Notes: generated by a model not told the origin, from the letters alone. A stretch of 64,000 nt of DNA from Opitutaceae bacterium (GCA_051252375.1 JBPOFY010000001.1:576001-640000), one strand, 5' to 3'; shown: positions 1 to 10,200, counted from the stretch's first letter. Made by a program: numbers and translations.

Positions 1-540
1 TGCGCGGCAACAGGCGATGCCGATGTGTGCCATGTCGCGGCAGACTGCGTGCGTGCGTTGGTTGGCTTCGCAGGCGCTAATGATGTCGTTGCCGAGCCCG
101 GGAGCATAGACGGTCGTGCTACGGATGTAGTTTACGATGGCGGTGCATTGATCGTAGCCCGGTGTTTCTTTTGCGGTGATCGATGTGGCTAAGTCTGTGA
201 AGCGGTCAGACTCGCAAAATCGGCTGGGGTGCAGGAAGGGAATTGTTTCGTTGGGCAGGCACTGCACCTCGATGAACGGCGCTCCGGGCGAGGTATCAAA
301 GCCATCGGCTGCTTCAACGTCGACGGCGGTGCGGATCGAAAAAGGTCCTGCAGGTGCGACGATGCGTTGACAGAGGTTGCCGTAGGTATCGGTGAACTCG
401 ACTACCGGAACGCTGGGCGAGAGCACATATTGTTCGCGCCCGATCCATTGCTGCCAGCCGCTGCGTGGGCGAAGCATGAGAATGAAAGGTGTTTCTTCCG
501 GTATATGGAATTCAAGAGAGCAAGTTGCGTGCAGCCACAT
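1..540 (-). CDS. Transglutaminase-like protein (partial, runs off left edge)
   Basis: Not in the ORF track. Manual translation from ATG at 540 gives [28 protein letters not shown]...[13 protein letters not shown]...[10 protein letters not shown]...[16 protein letters not shown], open to base 1. VCRDxAH is the transglutaminase catalytic-Cys motif. Confidence 0.85.
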   Translation of the reverse strand, partial: MWLHATCSLEFHIPEETPFILMLRPRSGWQQWIGREQYVLSPSVPVVEFTDTYGNLCQRIVAPAGPFSIRTAVDVEAADGFDTSPGAPFIEVQCLPNETIPFLHPSRFCESDRFTDLATSITAKETPGYDQCTAIVNYIRSTTVYAPGLGNDIISACEANQRTHAVCRDMAHIGIACCRA

Positions 541-751
541 AGTAGGTAAGCGTTAAAAAGTGCGGTGTTACGGCGGTGAAGCTGTGTATGGGGGGGATGA
601 AGCATTTTAACCAGCCATAATTATACCAAACTGGCTACTTCTACGATTCGGCACAATTATCATAAATTATGGTTGCCTTCATGGTGCGATATTCGGATTT
701 CAAAAGAATAGCTTTGAGTGCCTCCGCACAGAGGCACATGCATTCCTACTA

Positions 752-3316
752 ATGTCCACCGGCGCCAGTGATTCTTCAGCCCAGTATTTCCGTGATTATA
801 CCGGCGGTGCGGGCGACGCTGTCTTTATGGGCCGCGGGGTGCCAACTCCTGATTACGCGCCCATTGTAGAAGTTTTGGAGGGCTGTTCGCGTAGCAATCT
901 CAATTTGCGGCAGAAGCGACTCGATCGAGCGGTGGATGAGCTTGGTTTGCATTTTTCAGATGCAGGGCATGGTGCTTCGCAGATGAATCCTTGGCGCTTG
1001 GATTTGTTTCCGATGGTCATTCCCGCCGAAGCATGGAAGCGAATTGCTGCGGGAGTTGTGCAGCGCGCACTGGCGTTTAATGCCTATGCGGCTGACCTGC
1101 ATGGACCACAGCAGATTTTGCGCGAACGCGTGATTCCTTATGAACTGGCTTTAAGAGACCCCGCACTGTTACGTCAGCTGAGTGGCATTGAAGTGCCAAA
1201 GGGTGAGTATTCGCAGTTCGGTGCGTTCGACCTTATCGATGCGGGCGGCGGTAATTGGCAAGTCTGTGAACATCATATGGGCACGCCCTTTGGCATCTCG
1301 CATGTGTTGCAAAATCGCCGTGTGCTGTCGGAGGTTTTTCCGGAATTGTATGAACGGGCAGATGTTGCGCCGGTTGCTGGGTTTAGCACTTATCTACTTG
1401 AAATGCTGCGTGCGCAGTCGCCACGTAAGAATCCGCATGTGCTTTTGTTGACCAGTGGGAAACCCGGGCAGGCTTATTTCGAAGAGGCTTTTATTGCACG
1501 GCACATGGGTATTTCGATCGCGCAGCCGCGTGATTTGTTGGTGCGTGAGAGTCGTGTGTTCTTAAAGACGATTCGCGGGCTCGAGCGCGTGGACGTGATT
1601 TACCGACGCGTCGAGAGTTCTGCTTTAGATCCGATTGCCGTGCCGAATCGATGGGCGAGTGGCGTGCCGGGTCTGATCAACGTGGTGCGCAAAGGGAATG
1701 TCGCCGTGGTGAATGCACCGGGCGCAGGTGTGGCGGATAACTGCGCGTTGCTGCGCTATTCAGATCGTATCATTAATTACTACTTACACGAGCAGTCGAT
1801 TCTCAAGTCGGTCCCTACCTTCCACTTGGGGGATTATGACCAACGCGCTTATGTAAAAGATCATATGGATGATCTCGTCTTGAAACCTATCCAAGACCAT
1901 GATCGCTTGTGGCAAATCTGCGGTGGTAAGCGTCCGCAGGGTGCATCGTCTTCGATAGAGCGCTTGGCAGATAAGTATCCTGATTATTTTGTCGGGCAGC
2001 AACTTCCCGAGGCGGCAAAAATTCCGTATTTCAAGGGAGGAGAGTTCACGCCGCGTGGTATGCAGTTGCGCGTCTATTACATTTTGGGTGCCGAGCCAAT
2101 CGTATTGCCTGGAGGGATGGCTCGCCAGAGTGGGTCGATGCATCGCACGCGTCGTTTATCGATTGCGTCAGATGGCTTGAAAGACGTCTGGGTTGCCGAC
2201 GATTTAGTGGAAGAGTCCGAGCCTAAGCGCCGTCCGGTCGCCGCTGGTTCACGGTCTTCAATTGGTAGTCGTGTGGCAGAGTCGCTGTATTGGGCGGGGC
2301 GCTATCTCGAACGTGCGGAGAATACGGCGCGGCAGTTTAATACTTTAGAGAAGCTGCGCTGGGATCAATTAGCGCATAGCGAACAACATACTTATTGGCC
2401 GCTTTTGCAGGCAGTGGCAGCGGCAACGGGACAGACGGCGGTGGCTAAACTGAAAAAGCCGCCGAGGGATACTTCGAAACTGTCGCGTAGTTTATTGCTT
2501 GATATTAACGAAGGGGCTTCGGTGCGCGCGTGTATCGGTTACGCGCGAAATGTTATAGAGAATGTGCGTGAAGTGATCAGCCCTGAATGCTGGGAAGTGC
2601 TGGAGGAAATGGTGCTCGATATGCGCCAAGAGTCGAAGCAAAGCGTGACACGTGCTCGCTTGCGGCAAATTAGTGAGAAAGTGGTGAGCGAGGTGGCGCG
2701 CTTCAATGGCACCGCAGAGCGCACCTTATCACACGACGATAGCTGGCAGTTTTATCGCATTGGCATTTTCTTTGAGCGCGCTTTGGGAGCTTTGTCCCTT
2801 CTGGAAGTTGCCTTGCCGCGTATTGTTGAGACGTATCGGGCGAAGGATGAAGAGAGTGCGGATTTGACTGCGCTGCTTCGCTTGCTCGGCTCGTTGGATG
2901 CGTATCGGCGTGAGTTTCGTTCCCGTGCCTACGTCGACCGCGTGTCGCGTTTGATTATTCTCGGCAAGAGCAATCCGAGCTCAGTCACTTTTAGTCTGCA
3001 GAATTTGCATTACGCAGTCGGGACACTTTCCATTAGCGGCAATCGAGCTTTAGGTAGCGATATTCAAACGTCGATCTCCGCTGTGTTGGCAGGGCTCGAT
3101 GACTTTTCCATAACAAAAGGAGAGGGCATGGATGGACAGTTGCTCGCAACTGGCGAGATGGCTGATGCGGCACTGGAGATTTCACCAAAGTTAATTGCGC
3201 AGGAACTGACCACGATGACGAAGCAGGTCGAAGGGCTCCATAAGCAGATCGAGGATGTATTCTTCAGCCATCAAGACATGTTTGCTCGTGATCCCGCACT
3301 TTTTGATATGAACTGA
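752..3316 (+). CDS. Circularly permuted type 2 ATP-grasp domain fused to alpha-E domain (DUF404/407 + DUF403)
   Basis: N-terminal motifs PWRLDLFP, VDVIYRR, NAPGAGVAD, KDVWV. C-terminal alpha-E motifs SRVAESLYWAGRYLERAENTAR and GIFFERA. Confidence 0.9.
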   Translation: MSTGASDSSAQYFRDYTGGAGDAVFMGRGVPTPDYAPIVEVLEGCSRSNLNLRQKRLDRAVDELGLHFSDAGHGASQMNPWRLDLFPMVIPAEAWKRIAAGVVQRALAFNAYAADLHGPQQILRERVIPYELALRDPALLRQLSGIEVPKGEYSQFGAFDLIDAGGGNWQVCEHHMGTPFGISHVLQNRRVLSEVFPELYERADVAPVAGFSTYLLEMLRAQSPRKNPHVLLLTSGKPGQAYFEEAFIARHMGISIAQPRDLLVRESRVFLKTIRGLERVDVIYRRVESSALDPIAVPNRWASGVPGLINVVRKGNVAVVNAPGAGVADNCALLRYSDRIINYYLHEQSILKSVPTFHLGDYDQRAYVKDHMDDLVLKPIQDHDRLWQICGGKRPQGASSSIERLADKYPDYFVGQQLPEAAKIPYFKGGEFTPRGMQLRVYYILGAEPIVLPGGMARQSGSMHRTRRLSIASDGLKDVWVADDLVEESEPKRRPVAAGSRSSIGSRVAESLYWAGRYLERAENTARQFNTLEKLRWDQLAHSEQHTYWPLLQAVAAATGQTAVAKLKKPPRDTSKLSRSLLLDINEGASVRACIGYARNVIENVREVISPECWEVLEEMVLDMRQESKQSVTRARLRQISEKVVSEVARFNGTAERTLSHDDSWQFYRIGIFFERALGALSLLEVALPRIVETYRAKDEESADLTALLRLLGSLDAYRREFRSRAYVDRVSRLIILGKSNPSSVTFSLQNLHYAVGTLSISGNRALGSDIQTSISAVLAGLDDFSITKGEGMDGQLLATGEMADAALEISPKLIAQELTTMTKQVEGLHKQIEDVFFSHQDMFARDPALFDMN

Positions 3317-3423
3317 TTTAAACAACTTCCAAAGTTGGCTTCATCGCTGCTTTAAATAAAGAACACTTTTCTCTTCACGGCGCTGATTATATTGAGCGTC
3401 GCTTAGTCTTAGCTCCCTCCGAT

Positions 3424-4302
3424 ATGCGCTTTCGCGTTTCTCACACGACAGAATACAAATACCTACAGCCTGCATCCGATTCGTTTGCGGAGCTGCGGGT
3501 GTGGCCACAATCCAATGACTCTCAGAAAGTCCTAGAGCGTCGTTTGGTTCTAAAGCCGAGTGTTGCGGTGGACCATTATGTCGATTACTTTGGTAATAAC
3601 GTGGAGTTCTTTTCGATACCGTATCGGCATAATTCAGTGACTGTTACCTCGATTGCTGAGGTAGAGACGACAGTTGTGAAACCACCTGAGTCGGTGCTCG
3701 AAATTTCACTCGGCGAGGCGCGCCAGATTTATAACAGCGGGCGCTATCAGCATTTCGATTTTTTACAGCCGAGCGGCTTGGTGCCCTTGGATCAACATAA
3801 GCGTATCCGAAAACGTTTCTTTAAAGAGGCCGATGAGTTGGGCGCTGCTTTACTCGGTTTGAATAATTGGATATTTAAGAGCTTTGAATACAAATCTGGG
3901 GTCACAAATATCAACACTCCGATTTCTGAAGTCGTTGCGACGCGTCGTGGAGTGTGTCAGGATTTCGCGCACCTGATGCTCGCGATCTTACGTAGCAACG
4001 GGATTCCCGCGCGTTATGTGAGTGGTTATATCGAGGCCTTCGATCCCGAGCTGGTTGATGCTGAGATGATTGGTGCTGCGGCAAGCCACGCATGGATCGA
4101 AGTGTATCTACCAGGTGGCACGTGGTGGGGACTGGATCCTACCAATAATCAAACTGCTGGGGAACGCCACGTGGTGGTTGCCGTCGGTCGTGATTATAAC
4201 GATGTCGCGCCGATGCGAGGCACTTATAAAGGTGCTAACGACCAAAAGCTAAATGTCATGGTTTCACTAGAACGAAAAAAGGAGTCCGTCTCCACAATAT
4301 GA
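3424..4302 (+). CDS. Transglutaminase family protein (Bact_transglu_N + core)
   Basis: N-terminal HTTEYKY...DYFGN; catalytic triad motifs GVCQDFAH, SHAWIE and LDPTN. Confidence 0.92.
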   Translation: MRFRVSHTTEYKYLQPASDSFAELRVWPQSNDSQKVLERRLVLKPSVAVDHYVDYFGNNVEFFSIPYRHNSVTVTSIAEVETTVVKPPESVLEISLGEARQIYNSGRYQHFDFLQPSGLVPLDQHKRIRKRFFKEADELGAALLGLNNWIFKSFEYKSGVTNINTPISEVVATRRGVCQDFAHLMLAILRSNGIPARYVSGYIEAFDPELVDAEMIGAAASHAWIEVYLPGGTWWGLDPTNNQTAGERHVVVAVGRDYNDVAPMRGTYKGANDQKLNVMVSLERKKESVSTI

Positions 4303-5192
4303 AAATTGCGATTACCCATCTAACTCGTCACGAGTATCAAGCCCCCGTCAGCTTTAGCCCACACGCATTGTTTTTGCGTCCGCTGGATAGCCATTTGCGC
4401 CACGTGAGTGAGTTTCAAGTGGAGACCGTTCCTGCTTCAACGCAACGCTGGGTGCGTGATGCGTATGGCAATGTCGTGTTGGTCTGTAGTTTTGGGCTGA
4501 CCGAATCGACGGTGCTAGAGTTTCGCACGCGCATAGAAGTCACTCTAACGGACGACAACCCCTTCGATTTTATTTTAGACGCGCACGCCACGAGCTATCC
4601 GTTTCAGTATCGTGAGCCAGAGCTTAAGGCGTTGCTGCCTTTTGTTGGGAGTAGTGGGCGCACGCCTGGCGCTGTTCGCGTAATTGATTGGGTGCATGGT
4701 CCAGTAGGTGCGCCTAAGTCGCATTCTGATGTGGTGCAGTTTTTGTCCGACATAAATGGAGCGGTGCGGCGAGAGATCGCCTATGTGCGGCGAGATGAAG
4801 AAGGTATTCAAACTCCGGATACAACATTAGAACTGAAAACTGGCTCGTGTCGCGATATGGCGGTTTTATTTGTTTCAGCAGTTCGTAAGCTTGGCTTTGC
4901 CGCGCGCTTTGTGAGTGGCTATTTATTCGACCCCGAAGTCGGTGACGGCGAGCACGCGTTTAATCGAGCGGTGGGGTCGATGCATGCCTGGGCCGAAGTG
5001 TATTTGCCCGGAGCAGGCTGGAAAGGCTTTGACCCGACCAATGGTATTTTAGCGAATAGCCATTTTGTGCCGTCTGCTGTTTCGCACGAACCTTCCAGTG
5101 TCGACCCGATACAAGGAAAATATTTTTCAAAAGAACCCACTTCATCGACTATGGAAGTCGAGTTAGTCATCGAGGAAATCAGTAATGTCTAA
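4299..5192 (+). CDS. Transglutaminase family protein (second in operon)
   Basis: HLTRHEY...DAYGN; GSCRDMA, MHAWAEVYLPGAGW, FDPTN; ATGA overlap with the previous gene. Confidence 0.92.
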   Translation: MKIAITHLTRHEYQAPVSFSPHALFLRPLDSHLRHVSEFQVETVPASTQRWVRDAYGNVVLVCSFGLTESTVLEFRTRIEVTLTDDNPFDFILDAHATSYPFQYREPELKALLPFVGSSGRTPGAVRVIDWVHGPVGAPKSHSDVVQFLSDINGAVRREIAYVRRDEEGIQTPDTTLELKTGSCRDMAVLFVSAVRKLGFAARFVSGYLFDPEVGDGEHAFNRAVGSMHAWAEVYLPGAGWKGFDPTNGILANSHFVPSAVSHEPSSVDPIQGKYFSKEPTSSTMEVELVIEEISNV

Positions 5193-7305
5193 AAATAGAG
5201 CCGCTATCTTAAAATGCGCCGAGAGCGTTGAAGCCTACTTACAATCTGAAGACATCGCGTTGACGATGGGCGGTGAGCCGACCTTTATCGTGCCAAACCC
5301 GGATACGCCCGAGTGGAACACCGCCGCAATGGGGCCAGAGAAACTGGGCTACGCGCGTCGTATGACTGCAGAGCTGATTCAAGAAGTGTATCCGCAAGCG
5401 CTCGCCATGCAGGTCTTTGGTAAATGGTATCCTGGTGAGCCATTGCCGCGCTGGAATTTCATGACGCTGCATCACACGCAGACGCCGATCTGGCCAGAGA
5501 CGGAGCGTTTGCTGTTTGACGATGTCGTCGGCTCGAACACGGAGAAGACCGCGGAAGTTGTGATGAAGGCCGTTGCTAAAAATCTGGAAGTGAGCGCCTC
5601 GATTTTGGCTGCCTATGACGGCGAAGGGAAATCGAAGCAAGTCGCTGGATGGGTGCTGCCACTAGATTATGAAGATGGCGAATGGGTCTGCGCGTCGTGG
5701 CCATTTTCAAAGAAAAAACCGATTAAGATTTTTGATGGTGATAGCCCAGTAGGCTTGCGTTTGCCATTAGATGATTTGCCGGAAGATTGTTGCCGTAAGG
5801 CGCTCACCATCGAAGTGCGTAAGGGTGCGATTGAAATTTTCATCCCGCCGTTGGACTGGGACGGCTTCCGCGCGTTAATTGATTTCTTGCGTGGTATTGT
5901 GGTCGAGTTGGATATTAAAGACATTCTATTTTGTGGCTACGCGCCGACCAAGACGGACGATGATTTGATTACACTCGGCCTGGCTGCAGACCCTGGTGTT
6001 TTAGAAGTCAACGTGCCGCCTTCAGATACTTGGGAAGACTACGATCGTATTCTCGAGCAATGTGCCTCTGCTGCGGCGAAGGTCGGCTTGCAGTTAACCA
6101 AGTTTCAGCTCAATGGTGTCATTTATGGAACTGGTGGCGGCTCGCACCTTGCCTTTGGTGGACGAGATGAAGAAAGCAATCCGTTTATGTTAGAGCCTAA
6201 GCGCATCGCGTCCTTGTTGCGGTATTGGCAGCATCACCCGGCACTTTCGTATTTGTTTACTGGGCAACATGTCGGGCCCGGTAGTCAGGCGCCGCGTGTG
6301 GATGAAGGTCCGCGCCATGGCCTCTACGAGTTGGAAGTCGCGTGTGAAGGCCTAGAGAAAATGAAGGGCCTTGTGGATGGTCCATTGATCGATCAATTCT
6401 TTAAAAATCTACTGACAGACTCTTCGGGCAATACACACCGAGCCGAGTTGTGCTTTGATAAATTTCATAACCTTTCGGCCCCGAACGGTTGTCTCGGGAT
6501 TGTTGAATTTCGCGCGTTCGAAACCTTTCCCGATCCAAAGACGATGTCGGCCATCGCGCTCTTTGTGCGCACCATATTGGCACGCTTGTTTAAAGCACCC
6601 TTCAAGAAAGAACTGAAGCGCTTCGGCCCGGATTTACATGACCGCTACTTTCTGCCCGCTTTCCTGTGGGAAGATGTGCAGGTGATTTGCGCGGATTTAA
6701 AAGAGCATGGTTTTGATTTCGACCCCGAGTGGTTGCGTCCCGTTCTGGATTTTCGTTGTCCGACTGTAGGCACTTTGGAAGTGGCAGGGGGCAGTGTCGA
6801 TATACGGCAGGCCTTCGAGTCCTGGCCATTGATGGCAGAAGAAAGTCAAGGTGCGGCGACTGTGCGCGTGGTGGACAATTCCAGTGACCGTTTGCAGCTC
6901 ACACTTTCGGATTCCAGCTTGTTGAAGAATGGCAAGCTGCTCGCGAACGGGGTGGAGGTGCCTTTCGAAGAAGTCGATGGATTTATGATTTGCGGTCTTC
7001 GCTATAAGAGCGCGAGCGCGTATCCAGCGCTGCATCCACATGTGCCGATTCAATCACCACTCTGGTTCGAGTGGGTCGCTGCTGAAAGCGGCGAGACCAC
7101 ACATGCCGGACGATACTTTTATTGGAACCCAAACGCTACGATCTACGAAGGTCGCCCGCAAACCATCGAGGAAGCAAAGCAACGCCGTGAAGAGCGGAGT
7201 CAATCAGCCGATGATTTGATTGGAAGCAAACCTGCCGCGATAAAGCCGAAGCTTGCACCCGAATATAAGCACACCCTCGATCTGCGCCGACAGTTGGTTG
7301 TGTGA
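5185..7305 (+). CDS. DUF2126 putative amidoligase (COOH-NH2 ligase-like)
   Basis: LTMGGEPTF, GKWYPGEPLPRW, DPGVLEVN, GTGGGSH, GPGSQAPRVDE, GNTHRAE, GIVEFRAFE, LHPHVPIQSPL, HTLDLRR. Confidence 0.88.
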   Translation: MSKNRAAILKCAESVEAYLQSEDIALTMGGEPTFIVPNPDTPEWNTAAMGPEKLGYARRMTAELIQEVYPQALAMQVFGKWYPGEPLPRWNFMTLHHTQTPIWPETERLLFDDVVGSNTEKTAEVVMKAVAKNLEVSASILAAYDGEGKSKQVAGWVLPLDYEDGEWVCASWPFSKKKPIKIFDGDSPVGLRLPLDDLPEDCCRKALTIEVRKGAIEIFIPPLDWDGFRALIDFLRGIVVELDIKDILFCGYAPTKTDDDLITLGLAADPGVLEVNVPPSDTWEDYDRILEQCASAAAKVGLQLTKFQLNGVIYGTGGGSHLAFGGRDEESNPFMLEPKRIASLLRYWQHHPALSYLFTGQHVGPGSQAPRVDEGPRHGLYELEVACEGLEKMKGLVDGPLIDQFFKNLLTDSSGNTHRAELCFDKFHNLSAPNGCLGIVEFRAFETFPDPKTMSAIALFVRTILARLFKAPFKKELKRFGPDLHDRYFLPAFLWEDVQVICADLKEHGFDFDPEWLRPVLDFRCPTVGTLEVAGGSVDIRQAFESWPLMAEESQGAATVRVVDNSSDRLQLTLSDSSLLKNGKLLANGVEVPFEEVDGFMICGLRYKSASAYPALHPHVPIQSPLWFEWVAAESGETTHAGRYFYWNPNATIYEGRPQTIEEAKQRREERSQSADDLIGSKPAAIKPKLAPEYKHTLDLRRQLVV

Positions 7306-7358
7306 GTTGTCTTCGAAAGCGTTAGCTCACCTTGAAGCGTTAGAGACGTAGCGCGGAT

Positions 7359-7961
7359 CTACATTTTCCCCTTAGTATACGCAATTAGCTGTTTGGCGAT
7401 GGGGATGCGGCGATAGACGATGTCCGTCGGATCCCAGTAGTCTTGGTGGAAAATGACTTTGCCTTCACTATTGTAGCGTATGTGCGACATTCCGATTGAT
7501 TCTTCCCAGGTGTTTGCTGGCGTGCTCTTGAAATCCACGCGCATAGTCCAGTCGATGTAGAACTCTCCGCCGCTGCGGATGACTCGGTTGAAGACGAATT
7601 CTGCGGCGGCGAGTGGCTCTAGTCCGTGTAATAGGTAGTCGCGCATATCCTCGGGGTTGTCAAATTGTCGAAAGGCATCGCGGAAATATACCTTCTCGGC
7701 GTAGACTTCAGTGACTTTGTTCTCTAAATTCTCGTAGGTGTAGTTCGTGAATAGTGCTTCAATGCCTGAGAGCATTCCAGCTTCTTCAGGGGTGTCTGGC
7801 AGTGGTAACTCATAGCCTGAGGGATCCGTGCTTTCAAGGGCTGCTTTGTAGGTGGCGTCTGGGATGGTTTGTGTGTGCATGTCTGTGGGCAAATTCGTGA
7901 GGGCAATCAGTGTAAGCAGTGAGCTGAGGATGATAAGGATGGAAAGTGTGCGTAGGCTCAT
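7359..7961 (-). CDS. SnoaL/NTF2-like domain protein with N-terminal hydrophobic anchor
   Basis: YAEKVYFRDAF...GMSHIRYNSEGKVIFHQDYWD is typical of SnoaL-like proteins. Start taken at ATG 7961, just downstream of the predicted promoter. Confidence 0.75.
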   Translation of the reverse strand: MSLRTLSILIILSSLLTLIALTNLPTDMHTQTIPDATYKAALESTDPSGYELPLPDTPEEAGMLSGIEALFTNYTYENLENKVTEVYAEKVYFRDAFRQFDNPEDMRDYLLHGLEPLAAAEFVFNRVIRSGGEFYIDWTMRVDFKSTPANTWEESIGMSHIRYNSEGKVIFHQDYWDPTDIVYRRIPIAKQLIAYTKGKM

Positions 7962-7972
7962 TATGTTGATAG

Positions 7973-7998
7973 AACGTGGAATCACTCGAAACATTACA
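7973..7998 (-). promoter_or_regulatory. Putative ECF-sigma promoter TGTAAT-N16-CGTT (SnoaL gene)
   Basis: Minus strand reads TGTAAT gtttcgagtgattcca CGTT; one of five matching copies. Confidence 0.65.
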
Positions 7999-8013
7999 AA
8001 TTATACCTTTGAT

Positions 8014-8039
8014 TGTAAGTATTTGAAGCCTGGTGCGTT
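8014..8039 (+). promoter_or_regulatory. Putative ECF-sigma promoter TGTAAG-N16-CGTT (FAD oxidoreductase-DUF1365 operon)
   Basis: TGTAAG tatttgaagcctggtg CGTT, 20 nt before ATG 8060. Confidence 0.7.
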
Positions 8040-8059
8040 GATTCAACTGAACTTAGAAT

Positions 8060-9358
8060 ATGCCAGTAACAGTTACACCTCTCACTTCAATTAATAAACC
8101 ACTTAAGATCGCCGTTGTCGGTTGCGGTGTTGCTGGGCTGACCGCGGCATGGCTGCTCAGTCGGAAGCATGAGGTGCACCTCTTTGAGAAGAACGATTAC
8201 GCTGGGGGACATACCCGCACCTTGAGGATTACTGATGGCCCGGACGAGGGCACCGCGGTGGATACCGGATTTATTGTGATGAATCATCGCAACTACCCAC
8301 ACTTCACCGAGGTGCTCAAGCAACTCGGGGTGGAGCTCTCGGACAGTTCGATGACTTTCAGCTATTACGACCGAGTGAGTGATTACGGCTATTCAGGCAA
8401 TACGCTGGGTTCGTTGTTTCCGAAGCCGAGCTATTTCTTTAACCGACAGCACCTGAGCCTAATTAAGGATCTATGGCGTTTTGCGCGTGTCGGCTATCGC
8501 GATTTGAACTCAGGATACCTAGAGAGTAAAACGCTCGGCGAGTATTGCAGTGAGCGGCGGTTCAGTGGCGCCTTTCTTAATAACTATCTCTATCCCATGG
8601 GAGCAGCTATTTGGTCGTCGCCTGTTTCCCAGATGGCGGCATTCCCTGCGCAGCCATATCTGCACTTCCTCGAGAACCATGGTTTACTGCGTTTGACGAA
8701 CCGGCCGCAGTGGAAATATGTGGCTGGAGGCAGTCGCACCTATGTTGAAGCGATGCTGCAGCAATTCGAGCGTCCTCCGCAGCTATCACGGCCACCCCAG
8801 TGCATCCGTCGGACAGACTCCGGTGTCGTGCTTGAGATGGCGGATGGTGAGGCACTGAGCTTTGATCATGTTGTTATTGGCGCGCACGCGGACGAGGCGC
8901 TTAAATTATTGGCTGATCCTAGTGCATCCGAGCAGGAGCGTTTGGAGCCATGGCGCTATCAGCCAAACACAGTGGTGTTGCACACAAGTCACACACATCT
9001 GCCACCTGACCGTAAACAGTGGTCGTCTTGGAATTTTATCAGCGAGTCATCGCATGATGCGACACAGCCAGTGTCGGTCAGTTACTATATGAATCGCCTG
9101 CAAAACCTAAAAACCCGGCGAGATTATGTAGTTAGCTTGAACGCGATCGAATCGATTCCAGATTCACGAGTGATCAATAGCACGACGCTGACACACCCGC
9201 TCTATTCGTTTGAAAGTATGGCAACACAGCCTAAATTAGAGGCGATGAATGGCGAAAGAAACACTTGGTTCTGCGGCAGCTATTTCGGCTATGGTTTCCA
9301 TGAAGATGCAGTGCGCTCGGCGGTGCAGGTAGCGAAGGGGTTTGGTGTCGAATTGTGA
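8060..9358 (+). CDS. FAD-dependent oxidoreductase, COG2907 type (UfaD/Rv0449c-like)
   Basis: Rossmann motif IAVVGCGVAGL, then GGHTRT, VDTGFIVMN, AIWS, WSSWN, FCGSYFGYGFHEDAVRSA. Confidence 0.88.
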   Translation: MPVTVTPLTSINKPLKIAVVGCGVAGLTAAWLLSRKHEVHLFEKNDYAGGHTRTLRITDGPDEGTAVDTGFIVMNHRNYPHFTEVLKQLGVELSDSSMTFSYYDRVSDYGYSGNTLGSLFPKPSYFFNRQHLSLIKDLWRFARVGYRDLNSGYLESKTLGEYCSERRFSGAFLNNYLYPMGAAIWSSPVSQMAAFPAQPYLHFLENHGLLRLTNRPQWKYVAGGSRTYVEAMLQQFERPPQLSRPPQCIRRTDSGVVLEMADGEALSFDHVVIGAHADEALKLLADPSASEQERLEPWRYQPNTVVLHTSHTHLPPDRKQWSSWNFISESSHDATQPVSVSYYMNRLQNLKTRRDYVVSLNAIESIPDSRVINSTTLTHPLYSFESMATQPKLEAMNGERNTWFCGSYFGYGFHEDAVRSAVQVAKGFGVEL

Positions 9359-10155
9359 ACTGGCATTCGCAGATATATCGTGGGCAGGTCGTGCATCAGC
9401 GCATGAGTCCCGTGGAGCATGCATTCAGTTATCCGGTGACTTTTTTCGCTTTTGATCTGAACGAACTGGATGCTTTGGCTGCCGAGGTTCGTGGCTTTAG
9501 CCATAATCAATCTGACCTATTGCGTCTAAATGATCGGGATTATCTACGAGGAGAGGCGCGACCGATTGCAGATCAACTAGAGACTTTTCTCGGACCTGAA
9601 TTGCCAGAGCAGCACACGCGTTTGGTCACTTCGCCGCGTTATCTCAATTACGCTTTTAACCCCGTGAACTTCCATCTTCGGATGCAGGGCGACCAGCTGT
9701 TGGCTGTGGTCGCAGAGGTGAATAACACCTTTGGCGATCGTCATGTCTATCCGCTAAATGATTTAGAGGCTGGTGATGCACCTCATACTTGGACGGCGCG
9801 TTGCCCGAAGGAGTTTCATGTCTCTCCCTTTAACGATTTGTCGGGGGATTACTACTTTACGTTTCGCATTGAGGCGAAGGAGCTTTTTCTTGGCGTGGAT
9901 CTATATCGTGATGGAGCGTGTGTTTTGAAAACATGGATAGAAGGGCGGGGTGCAGTGGTGACGCGTGCTAGCATTTGGCGGTATGCCCTATTGCGCCCTT
10001 TTGATACGGCTTTAAACAGTATGCCGCGCATTATTTGGCAAGCCGCTCAGTTGTATTATAAAAAGAAGCTGCAAATATATACACGGCCTTCACCTAAGTC
10101 GCCGCAGACATTGATTGATCGTGACCAGCATTCGGAATCAAACGCAGTGATTTAA
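9355..10155 (+). CDS. DUF1365 family protein (UfaO/Rv0448c-like)
   Basis: VHQRMSPVEHAFSY, YAFNPVNF, AEVNNTFGDRH, KEFHVSPF, IIWQAAQL; GTGA overlap with the upstream gene. Confidence 0.9.
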   Translation: MNWHSQIYRGQVVHQRMSPVEHAFSYPVTFFAFDLNELDALAAEVRGFSHNQSDLLRLNDRDYLRGEARPIADQLETFLGPELPEQHTRLVTSPRYLNYAFNPVNFHLRMQGDQLLAVVAEVNNTFGDRHVYPLNDLEAGDAPHTWTARCPKEFHVSPFNDLSGDYYFTFRIEAKELFLGVDLYRDGACVLKTWIEGRGAVVTRASIWRYALLRPFDTALNSMPRIIWQAAQLYYKKKLQIYTRPSPKSPQTLIDRDQHSESNAVI

Positions 10156-10200
10156 TTGCTCAACCTCAGCACGGCCTGCGTCACACTCGTCAGCAAACCT

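Noticed and set aside
613..631. Sigma-54 promoter for the left-edge transglutaminase (minus strand TTGGTATAATTATGGCT)
   Set aside because: GG-N10-GC spacing fits, but the match to consensus is too weak to support.
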